Both the position numbers and the translations under genes were made by a program. Below are positions 34,603-42,453 of a stretch of 42,453 nt of DNA, piece by piece (position 1 is the stretch's first letter; the number at the start of each line of letters is the position of its first letter). The notes beneath the pieces were generated by a model. The model saw nothing but the letters and a program-made list of their open reading frames with translations, searched no databases and was not told the origin of the DNA. Source of the stretch: a virus; the IMG/VR virus record IMGVR_UViG_3300028581_000086. One strand, 5' to 3'.

Positions 34603-35279
34603 AAAAGAAAATAGCATTCATCTCTGACACTCACAACAAACATAAACACCTTACAAGTAAGGGGATGGGAAACATATTGGGTAGTGGTGATATTCTCGTC
34701 CATGCCGGTGACTGCACAAGTTTGGGATATAAACATGAAATCGACCAGTTTTTGGAATGGTTTTCAAACACTGATTTCAAGTATAAAATTTTCATTGCAG
34801 GAAATCACGATTTTGGATTCGAACAACAAACCGATATAGCACAAGTGTATAAAGACTTAGGTGTAATCTATTTGTTTGACAACGATGTAACCATTGATGG
34901 AATAAAATTTTATGGAAGTCCTTGGCAACCTGAATTTCATAATTGGGCATTCAACCTTTCAAGAGGAGAAGAGTTGGCAGAAAAATGGGAACAAATTCCA
35001 AACGATGTTGATGTGTTAATAACACACGGACCGGCATATGGTATTTTGGATTATGCTCCAATAGGTGGTCATGTTGGTTGTGAAGAACTATATCGCAAAA
35101 TTGTGGAGGTAAAACCGAAAATCCACGTTTGTGGTCACATTCATGATGGTTATGGACAAAAAACGATGGGTGGAATTGAATTTCTTAACGCGTCAGTTCT
35201 AAATGATAGATACGAACACGCTCACAAACCAATCTTTGTTGAGTATGATACTGAAACAAAAGAAATTAATTATATCTAA
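34599..35279 (+). CDS. metallophosphoesterase
   Basis: FISDTHNKH, LVHAGDCTS, FIAGNHDFG, VCGHIHDGYG motifs. Confidence 0.87.
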   Translation: MKKKIAFISDTHNKHKHLTSKGMGNILGSGDILVHAGDCTSLGYKHEIDQFLEWFSNTDFKYKIFIAGNHDFGFEQQTDIAQVYKDLGVIYLFDNDVTIDGIKFYGSPWQPEFHNWAFNLSRGEELAEKWEQIPNDVDVLITHGPAYGILDYAPIGGHVGCEELYRKIVEVKPKIHVCGHIHDGYGQKTMGGIEFLNASVLNDRYEHAHKPIFVEYDTETKEINYI

Positions 35280-35282
35280 AAA

Positions 35283-35699
35283 ATGGAAAAAATGTATAAA
35301 GTCTATTTGGATGACGTTAGAACTCCAATAGAAAATGATTGGGAAATTGCAAGAAATTATGACCAATTTGTAGAAATAATCCGAAGGTTGGGATTAGATA
35401 ATATCGAAGTAATTTCTTTGGATCATGATTTGGACGATTCGGCCATCGCAGAATATTACGCAAACGCCAAACCAAACAATATGTTGAATTATGACAACAT
35501 ATTGGAAAAAACTGGAATGGACTGTTGCAAGTTCTTGGTTGAGGAGAGTATGAACACAAACATTTCTTTACCTCAGGTTTATATCCATTCATCTAATCCA
35601 CCTGGTAGAGAAAATATGATGAGTTTGATTAACAATTATTTGAAAAGTTGTGGATTACCGGAAACCTGTGAAAGAAGAATTACAAAATTCACTGTATAA
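35283..35699 (+). CDS. cyclic-phosphate processing receiver (cREC) domain protein
   Basis: VYLDDVRTPIENDWEIARN ... VISLDHDLDD. Confidence 0.75.
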   Translation: MEKMYKVYLDDVRTPIENDWEIARNYDQFVEIIRRLGLDNIEVISLDHDLDDSAIAEYYANAKPNNMLNYDNILEKTGMDCCKFLVEESMNTNISLPQVYIHSSNPPGRENMMSLINNYLKSCGLPETCERRITKFTV

Positions 35700-35700
35700 T

Positions 35701-35728
35701 AAAAAGATGGAGAAATCCATCTTTTTAT
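35701..35728. terminator. Terminator-like hairpin
   Basis: AAAAAGATGGA-gaaa-TCCATCTTTTT. Confidence 0.7.
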
Positions 35729-35979
35729 TTTTTAACTCGAGTCTGTTTTCTTGATTCTTTTGCCAAGTCACCCAAAGTTTTCTTTTTCTGTTCTGTCGGG
35801 TGTTTGAATCCTGGTTTGTATCTAAATTCTACCGATATTGGTCCATTTTTGTTAATATCGGAGTTGTACTTGAATACTGACACGGTTTCCTCGTCCTCAT
35901 AGATTATTTCCCACTTTGTAGTTCCTGATGTTCTCATACCACAAATATACCTAATTTTTTCTAAATAAAAAATCCCCAC
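35725..35979 (-). CDS. hypothetical protein
   Basis: 84-aa ORF. Confidence 0.55.
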   Translation of the reverse strand: MGIFYLEKIRYICGMRTSGTTKWEIIYEDEETVSVFKYNSDINKNGPISVEFRYKPGFKHPTEQKKKTLGDLAKESRKQTRVKK

Positions 35980-36003
35980 TCTTTCGGGTGGGGATTAGTT
36001 AAT

Positions 36004-36255
36004 TTACTCTTCGATTTGGTCTGACTTCCCTTTGTTAATCCATTTGTCGACTGACCCGATTCCGAAGGAACCAAGAACTAACCATAAGAAGGCATTAAAG
36101 ATGAATTCGTTTATCACTAGGTCTTTACCTAAAGTTCCGGTTACAATATCCGCAATAGCGAATCCTGTCATCATTACAAACGCCATAAATCCTACGACGC
36201 TTTTTTCATTGATTGTGTTGTTGTCATTGAACAACTGAGATAAGAATTTTTTCAT
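36004..36255 (-). CDS. small membrane protein, holin-like candidate
   Basis: Probable start MKKFLSQLFND; two hydrophobic segments. Confidence 0.55.
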   Translation of the reverse strand: MKKFLSQLFNDNNTINEKSVVGFMAFVMMTGFAIADIVTGTLGKDLVINEFIFNAFLWLVLGSFGIGSVDKWINKGKSDQIEE

Positions 36256-36482
36256 AGTATTTGGTAATTTACTTACCAATAAATATCCCAATTCCAGAGG
36301 AATAAATAATTTAAGTTATATTAATCCTGTTTTAATTTCCCAAAATTTTATAAATTCCAATCATAATTTGTCGTCTTTCATAATAAATACATCTTCGGTT
36401 ATTTTTTATACCCCTATTTAATAAATTTCAATTTTCTAATTGAATTATACACAAATATTTCTATATTTCAATCAAATATCTA

Positions 36483-38768
36483 ATGATGATTAAAATTTAT
36501 GCTCACGGTTCGTATGTTGGAAATACAGGTTACAACCAACACACAAGGGATTTTTTCAGACATCTTTCAAAACACGCAAAAATAAAATTAAGAAATTTTA
36601 CTATAGGTAATAGTTGGAAAGGTTATAATTTAACCCCTCATGATGGTGAGTATTATTTTAACGATACAGATAAAGAAATACTTTACGAACAGATACTTTG
36701 GGATAATAAAGGGGAAGGTAAAAGAACTGATTATAAGATTTATCCTCACGAATCAAAAGATTTTGTTCAAGATTTAAATATTGTTCTTTGTGAAACAAAT
36801 CATCACATTTTCTATGATGAATATCAAGGGCCAAAAATTGGTTATAATGTATGGGAATCCACCCTACAACCACAAAATTATTTTAACAAATTATTAGAAT
36901 TTGATGAACTATGGGTTCCATCAAAATGGCAAAGGGATTGTACAATCGCTCAAGGATATCCTGAGGACAAAATAAAAGTTGTTCCTGAAGGTGTTGATGT
37001 TAATACATTCTATCCAGACGATACCGTTACCCATCCACTAACAAAAGATAAGTTCACATTCTTTCTTGCGGGAAGATGGGATTATAGAAAATCAATCAAA
37101 AAAATTATTGAAACGTTCATTAAAACATTTGATAAAAATGAACCAGTTGAATTAATTGTTTCTGTTGATAATCCATTCTCAAACGATGGATTAAAAACAA
37201 CTGAAGAAAGATTAAAACATTATGGATTGGAAGATAATAGAATTAAGATTCTTCATTTTCCACCAAGGGAGGAGTACATTAGATTATTGAAGTCTTGTAG
37301 TGTATTTGTTTCTTGTGCAAGATCCGAGGGTTGGAACTTACCTCTTATTGAAGCTATGGCTTGTGGTACTCCATCCATTTATTCCGACTGTTCAGGTCAA
37401 TTAGAATTTGCGGAAGGTAACGGTATACCTATTAGGATATCACACGAATTACCTGTAAGTGCCAGCACATACAACCATTTCAACGAGAATGTTGGAAACT
37501 ATTATGAGCCCGATTTTGACGACTTAGGTGAAAAGATGATGTCGGTTTATGGTGACTATAAAAAATACAAAGAATTCGCATTAGTAGAGTCAGAACAAAT
37601 TAGAGAAGACTTTAATTGGGAAAACATCGCATTAATTGGATTAAAAACTATTGAAGAGTTTTTAGAAAAACAAAAATCATTACCTTCAAAACCAGTTGAA
37701 ACTAATAAAATGATTATTTCATATTTGGATGGCCCAAAGATTGAATTTTTAGGCAAAAAAAAGGAATCGTATTATGTTGAATTTATTAATAAATTAACCG
37801 GAGATGTTGTTTTTTCTGATACGATTAAAAACAATATGTGGACAACATCAAGCAAAAAATATTACATACCTTGGCAAATAAAAGTTAATGGATTAGTTGT
37901 TGACGAATTAAACTTAGAAGGAAAAGAAGTCTTAATTTGTTTAGAATCAAAAGCATTAGGTGACACATTAGCTTGGGCTCCTTATTCAGTAGAATTTGCA
38001 AAAAAACATAACTGTAAAGTAATCTTATCAACATTTCACAATAAATTCTTTGAGGGTCTTGAATCATATAAAGATATTAAATTCATAAAACCAGGTGAAT
38101 CACATTCTTGCTATACTATCTACAGAATTGGATGGTTTAAAAAAGATGGGAAATGGGGAGATAAAGATAAAAATCCAAATCAAGTTAACACAATACCATT
38201 ACAACAAACAGTAACTGACATTTTAGGTTTAGATTATTTTGAGATAAATCATGGAATTAATTTCAAAAAAGGGAATTCCCCATTAGAAAAGCCATATGTT
38301 ATTTTTGGCCCTAATGCAACTTCAGGTTGTAAAGAGTGGGACTTTAACCATTGGGTTACTCTTTCCAAAATGATTAAAGAAATCGGATATGAAGTGGTCG
38401 TATTAACACAAAAACCTTTCAACATCGAGGGTACAATAAATGTGATGTCAGGCTTAGATGTTGCAGCAAATTATTTGTGTCACGCAAAAGCATTTATTGG
38501 TCTTGGTTCAGGATTATCTTGGTTCAATTGGTCATTAGGAAATCACACATTCATGATTAACGGGTTCGCAAAACCAGAACATGAATTTACAACAAACTGC
38601 ACTAAAATATACAACGATAATACTTGTATATTTTGTTGGAATGATGAAGTACTTATGTTTGACGCAGGTGATTGGGATTGGTGTCCAGTTTACAAAGGGA
38701 CAACAAAACAACATATTTGTCAAAGGTCAATCACACCTTTACAGGTTTTTAATAGATTAGGTATATGA
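36483..38768 (+). CDS. bifunctional glycosyltransferase: N-terminal GT4-type, C-terminal autotransporter heptosyltransferase-like
   Basis: FFLAGRWDYRKSIKKIIE...SCSVFVSCARSEGWNLPLIEAMACGTPSI; C-terminus GDTLAWAPYSVEFAKKHNCKV ... FGPNATSGCKEWDFNHW ... GLGSGLSWFNWSLG. Confidence 0.85.
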   Translation: MMIKIYAHGSYVGNTGYNQHTRDFFRHLSKHAKIKLRNFTIGNSWKGYNLTPHDGEYYFNDTDKEILYEQILWDNKGEGKRTDYKIYPHESKDFVQDLNIVLCETNHHIFYDEYQGPKIGYNVWESTLQPQNYFNKLLEFDELWVPSKWQRDCTIAQGYPEDKIKVVPEGVDVNTFYPDDTVTHPLTKDKFTFFLAGRWDYRKSIKKIIETFIKTFDKNEPVELIVSVDNPFSNDGLKTTEERLKHYGLEDNRIKILHFPPREEYIRLLKSCSVFVSCARSEGWNLPLIEAMACGTPSIYSDCSGQLEFAEGNGIPIRISHELPVSASTYNHFNENVGNYYEPDFDDLGEKMMSVYGDYKKYKEFALVESEQIREDFNWENIALIGLKTIEEFLEKQKSLPSKPVETNKMIISYLDGPKIEFLGKKKESYYVEFINKLTGDVVFSDTIKNNMWTTSSKKYYIPWQIKVNGLVVDELNLEGKEVLICLESKALGDTLAWAPYSVEFAKKHNCKVILSTFHNKFFEGLESYKDIKFIKPGESHSCYTIYRIGWFKKDGKWGDKDKNPNQVNTIPLQQTVTDILGLDYFEINHGINFKKGNSPLEKPYVIFGPNATSGCKEWDFNHWVTLSKMIKEIGYEVVVLTQKPFNIEGTINVMSGLDVAANYLCHAKAFIGLGSGLSWFNWSLGNHTFMINGFAKPEHEFTTNCTKIYNDNTCIFCWNDEVLMFDAGDWDWCPVYKGTTKQHICQRSITPLQVFNRLGI

Positions 38769-39019
38769 AACAAATAATATTCACGAACGTGAATTATGAC
38801 GGAAATGCTGGCGATTTTTGGTCAACACCCTTAAAATATTATAATTTTGACGGGTATCCCACAGAACAGGTTCACTTTATGGATATATGGGCCGCAATAC
38901 AAAATAAACCAAACCATGAACAATATCTAATCAAAGATTCATTGTCTATTGGTCACAACTTCTCGACAAAGAAGTCTTATATTTCAAAACAACTGACACA
39001 ATTAATAGTAAAATTATAA
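38765..39019 (+). CDS. N-terminal part of glycan/pyruvyl-transferase-like protein, possibly frameshifted
   Basis: MKQIIFTNVNYDGNAGDFWSTPLKYYNF...; coding-looking sequence continues in the -1 frame to 39177. Confidence 0.55.
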   Translation: MKQIIFTNVNYDGNAGDFWSTPLKYYNFDGYPTEQVHFMDIWAAIQNKPNHEQYLIKDSLSIGHNFSTKKSYISKQLTQLIVKL

Positions 39020-39173
39020 ATTTGAAACATAGAGTCCCGATATGTGATGTATCAAACTTTTCAGAAAAGATAAATAATATCAGTTCAACAAAGGGAATGT
39101 TATCCGAAAGTAGAAAACTTAATGATGACTTTTATTCAAAAACAATTAAAATCTTTCAAGAATACTTACAATT

Positions 39174-39836
39174 ATGAATTTAGATAATTTTGATTGGGGT
39201 CCAACATCTCAAGCATACAAAGAACAAATGATGTCTGAAATATTTTCAGATAAGAAAAATTTATATGAAAATATGTTTGATGTTGAAGAAGGCGATATTG
39301 TTGTCGATATTGGTGCTACTATCGGCGAATTCACATTTAGTATTCTATCCAAAAAACCAAAACATTGTTATGTTGTTGAACCTTTCGGTATATTTTTTGA
39401 TACCTTAAAAAATAATTTGGAGGGTCATCCCGTTTCTTTTATTAACGCAGCAATTTCATCTGAAAAAGTTTTAGAAATTGATTGGGATGGTCAACAAGAA
39501 AATTTCAGACCTTTAACATTTAAAGAATTTATTCAACAAAATCGTTTAACAAAAATAGATTTTTTAAAAGTAGATTGTGAAGGAGGAGAATATGATGTTT
39601 TCTCTGAAAAAAATATCGAGTATTTAAAAACCACCCCAAAAATTGTCGCAGAGATGCATTTAAGAAGCAAAATAAATAAAGAAAAATTTAGATTTTTTAG
39701 AGACAATATTTTAACTCACTTTAAAAAATTTAATTTTAAATCTCTTGACGGTGTTGACGTAACTTGGGATTTACATAATGAACACTTCATTACATATTAC
39801 AATGAGGTAATTATTTATATCGATAATAGAGATTAA
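39174..39836 (+). CDS. FkbM family methyltransferase
   Basis: DIVVDIGATIGEFTFSILSKKPKHCYVVEPF ... KIDFLKVDCEGGEYDVF. Confidence 0.87.
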   Translation: MNLDNFDWGPTSQAYKEQMMSEIFSDKKNLYENMFDVEEGDIVVDIGATIGEFTFSILSKKPKHCYVVEPFGIFFDTLKNNLEGHPVSFINAAISSEKVLEIDWDGQQENFRPLTFKEFIQQNRLTKIDFLKVDCEGGEYDVFSEKNIEYLKTTPKIVAEMHLRSKINKEKFRFFRDNILTHFKKFNFKSLDGVDVTWDLHNEHFITYYNEVIIYIDNRD

Positions 39837-39885
39837 AGTGATTTATAAACAACAATAAATATCATTCAAAATTCAAATACCTCAA

Positions 39886-41151
39886 TTAGAATGGTTCAGT
39901 ACTTGTTTGTGTTACACCATTATTATTTGTCACAGTTTGTGTTCCTGAACTATCTGTTGTCACTACCGCTCCTAACATTAAGTATTTGGTGTTTGCTAAT
40001 GATGTGAGAGGTCCTCTTGGATTAACTTGAGTTGTTTGAGATGAATCGTATACCGCGGTTCCAATAGTCATTCTCATGTTAGTCCAATAACCTGGCCAAT
40101 ATCCACCATAGTATCTACCAATAGTGTCAGTTGCAGTATTGTAATCAAGTGTATCAACAGAAGTTGAAATACATCTTACTCCATCAATATAAACCGCAGT
40201 GGTCCCATCAGCATTTCTATTGTATATTAAATAGTGCCACTGATTTACAGTAATTGGTGTTGCCATTGTATAACTAAATGAACCTCCTCCACCATTTCTG
40301 TCAGAAGTAATTGTTGTATTATTTCCAAAATATAAATTCATACATCCTGTAGGGCTACTGACAGGAGAACCTATTATACCTTTTGAGTTAAAATCTGAAG
40401 TGTTATAGAACCATCCTTCCAATGTGAATGTTCCCGCTCCAAAAGTTACACCAGGGCTTAATCCTAATGATTGATTACTACCATTGAATAGTAAACTACC
40501 GGCTAATGTTTGATATGGTGTTGGACTTGGAGTTTGTGTTGGAGTTGCCGTTGGAGTTGGTGTTGATGAAGTCCTTGTAGGTGTTGGTGTTCTTGTTGTT
40601 GTTGGACTTACCGTTGGAGTAACTGTTGGTGTTGCTGTATTAGTTGGAGTTGGAGTTGGTGTTTGAGTCGGAGTTTCCGTATTTGTTGGTGTTTGAGTTG
40701 GAGTTTCAGGTATTGGTATAAATGAATTCCAAAAACCATTATTGGTCAACCAAGTACTTGCTGCAGACGCAGTCAAAAATGTTTGTGGTGTCCCATAAGC
40801 GCTTGATACTACTTGAGCCAAATTAATAAAATCACTATCTGAAAAACCACTTGTCCGATAAAATCCAAGTGAGGCAAAAACATCTGGTATCTCGGTCGGT
40901 TGTGTATTCCCTGACACAGATTGAGCAATAACGTAACCCAATTCTTCATCAGGTCCATTCCAATATTGAGGGTTATTAGTAAATCCAGAAGTTGGAGCTC
41001 CGATGGATAAATCTCCAACTTGTTCAGTGCCAGGAATTGTACTCCCTGTATTATATGCGAAAGGTCTTGCTGTTGCCATTGTATATAAATATACGGGCAT
41101 GAAAAAAGGAGATACCGTCGTACCTCCCAATTTTCTCCGTCGAGAAAACAT
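39886..41151 (-). CDS. LamG/concanavalin-like adhesin or tail-fibre-associated protein with Pro/Thr repeat linker
   Basis: (PTPT)n linker; SLLFNGSNQSLGLSPGVTFGAGTFTLEGWFY...ITVNQWHYLIYNRNADGTTAVYIDG. Confidence 0.75.
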   Translation of the reverse strand: MFSRRRKLGGTTVSPFFMPVYLYTMATARPFAYNTGSTIPGTEQVGDLSIGAPTSGFTNNPQYWNGPDEELGYVIAQSVSGNTQPTEIPDVFASLGFYRTSGFSDSDFINLAQVVSSAYGTPQTFLTASAASTWLTNNGFWNSFIPIPETPTQTPTNTETPTQTPTPTPTNTATPTVTPTVSPTTTRTPTPTRTSSTPTPTATPTQTPSPTPYQTLAGSLLFNGSNQSLGLSPGVTFGAGTFTLEGWFYNTSDFNSKGIIGSPVSSPTGCMNLYFGNNTTITSDRNGGGGSFSYTMATPITVNQWHYLIYNRNADGTTAVYIDGVRCISTSVDTLDYNTATDTIGRYYGGYWPGYWTNMRMTIGTAVYDSSQTTQVNPRGPLTSLANTKYLMLGAVVTTDSSGTQTVTNNNGVTQTSTEPF

Positions 41152-41399
41152 AACGTGTCTTTTTGGATTGGGCTGATCACAAACCCCAAGGATGGATGGT
41201 CCTTTGTTTTATTTATCGTCTCAAAACATCCAATAGTGACGTGTTTAATTCTATCTTTTTCAAGGTTAAGATAAAGGAAACAAAGACTCAAAACCTCCCA
41301 TACCTGATTCTACGTTTTTCTAATTTATAAAGCGGAGAAGAAATTGTTAAGGTGAGTATGGGAAAACACCATGATAAAATATTCCGCTATCCATTTGGT

Positions 41400-41488
41400 G
41401 GTCGGGAGTGGGTTCGAACCACTGGCTCATCGGAGTTCACCCGACTGCTCTACCATGAATTCCGAAGAACTCCTGAGCTACCACAACC
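41400..41488 (-). tRNA. tRNA-Phe(GAA)-like gene with expanded D-loop
   Basis: Acceptor GGTTGTG/CCCGACC (one mismatch), D-stem GCTC/GAGC with long loop, anticodon arm GTCGG GTGAACT CCGAT, T-arm AGTGG TTCGAAC CCACT. Confidence 0.6.
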
Positions 41489-41647
41489 ATATTGTTTCTC
41501 GGGGTTTGGAACCGAGTATCTTTCATCACCTGTAAGTCCCAAACCCTTTACAAATATAGAAAATACTTTTCGGACTGTCAAACTATTTATGAAAAAAAGC
41601 CTCCCCGTAATGGGGCGTTTAGGACCGTTCCAGTTATGGGACAATTT

Positions 41648-41680
41648 AAGAGAACGATTCGCTACCGTTCTCTTTTTTTA
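41648..41680 (+). terminator. Terminator-like hairpin
   Basis: AAGAGAACG...CGTTCTCTT plus T-run. Confidence 0.65.
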
Positions 41681-41715
41681 TTATTTCACCATAAGATATT
41701 TATAATAAAAAAAAT

Positions 41716-41850
41716 ATGGCAAAAGGTACAAAAGGAGGATCATCTCCATCTCGTAAAATTTCTTTCGGAAAGAAAAGATCAGGAGTCGCTAAGAAAGGTT
41801 ATTCCAAATACGAACAAAAACCTAAAAAATACCAAGGTCAAGGAAGATAA
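41716..41850 (+). CDS. small basic Gly/Ser/Lys-rich protein (44 aa)
   Basis: Translated by eye: MAKGTKGGSSPSRKISFGKKRSGVAKKGYSKYEQKPKKYQGQGR. Confidence 0.6.
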   Translation: MAKGTKGGSSPSRKISFGKKRSGVAKKGYSKYEQKPKKYQGQGR

Positions 41851-41887
41851 CTTGAGATTTTTTTTATTTTTTTAATATATTTTTATC

Positions 41888-42178
41888 ATGCCAGATAAGA
41901 AACGTAAATTCTATCGCCTTTTGGAAACCTATATGAATGAGTCTCGAAAAGAAGATGTGGAACTCATGTATGGCAAAGATGCAAAAATAAAAATTCATAA
42001 TTGGACTCATAATGTCAAAGGAGACCAATTTATATTTGAACTAATTGTTGTGTTGGGGAATACCATCAACGAATCTGTTATGGACACAAATCTTGCTGAA
42101 GTACTTTTGAAGGATGCTCTACAATATTTTTATCCCGAAGTAACAAAAATATGTTATATGGTAAGATTTGATGTCTAA
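41888..42178 (+). CDS. hypothetical protein
   Basis: 96-aa ORF. Confidence 0.6.
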   Translation: MPDKKRKFYRLLETYMNESRKEDVELMYGKDAKIKIHNWTHNVKGDQFIFELIVVLGNTINESVMDTNLAEVLLKDALQYFYPEVTKICYMVRFDV

Positions 42179-42180
42179 TA

Positions 42181-42429
42181 TTAAAGACCTGTTGGATTTT
42201 TGGACTGTAAAAATTCAACTTTCACTGTTAGAGCAGCAACTTGTTCAGTTAATTTCAAAATGGTGGCTCTCATCTCATCTTTTTCTTTGGATGAATTTTC
42301 AAGTAATGCTTCCAATTTAGCGATTCTATCTTTGCAATCATGACGAATGAAATCTTCATCACTATCTCTTTTAATCGCTCTTTTCTCATAGAATCTCCAA
42401 GCTGAACCCCCACCTAAAACTGTAATCAA
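42181..42429 (-). CDS. coiled-coil small membrane protein, possibly spanin/holin-like
   Basis: Hydrophobic N-terminus then KDRIAKLEALLENSSKEKDEMRATILKLTEQVAALTVKVEFL. Confidence 0.55.
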   Translation of the reverse strand: MITVLGGGSAWRFYEKRAIKRDSDEDFIRHDCKDRIAKLEALLENSSKEKDEMRATILKLTEQVAALTVKVEFLQSKNPTGL

Positions 42430-42453
42430 TGTAATTACTGCCGTCCAAATACT

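Noticed and set aside
41502-41546. GGGTTTGG...CCAAACCC stem as a further tRNA
   Set aside because: Long stem and T-arm-like CTCGG TTCCAAA segment but no cloverleaf; could be a remnant or simple hairpin.
41352-41875. Plus-strand ORFs of 117 and 127 aa
   Set aside because: Traverse the antisense of the tRNA-Phe-like gene and a terminator; the 44-aa ORF at 41716 is more plausible.
1-42453. Diversity-generating retroelement or retron explaining the variable cassettes
   Set aside because: No reverse transcriptase-like ORF or template/variable repeat pair was seen in the window.

Overview
AT-rich, densely packed window most consistent with part of a large tailed-phage genome infecting a Bacteroidota (Flavobacteriia-like) host. 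No integrase, major capsid, terminase or polymerase gene is visible.

RNA genes: the 3' end of a tmRNA, about 17 reasonably well supported tRNAs (mostly minus strand, 3.3-12.7 kb), and several aberrant tRNA-like genes. One tRNA-Leu(UAA) is interrupted by a 233-nt group I intron.

Protein genes recognised from sequence motifs: HAD phosphatase, DUF2061, M23 peptidase, HNH and GIY-YIG homing endonucleases, cytidylyltransferase-like, 3D/RlpA-like, DNA methyltransferase, ClpP-like protease, two metallophosphoesterases, P-loop kinase, a T4 RnlA-like RNA ligase split by a GIY-YIG gene, a cassette of exported proteins with CsgG-like and cohesin/dockerin-like members, GH19 endolysin, cyclic-phosphate receiver-domain protein, glycosyltransferase/heptosyltransferase, FkbM methyltransferase, and LamG/PT-rich adhesin.

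Most unusual observation: four near-identical 36-bp repeats separated by three unrelated, exactly 30-bp spacers (409..642). This is CRISPR geometry, yet the array lies in frame inside an open ORF (176..724), next to the tmRNA and with no cas gene visible. A second cluster of oddities is three tRNA-like elements (7704..8124) with the same acceptor stem but abnormal anticodon arms. All family assignments are by eye; no searches were run.
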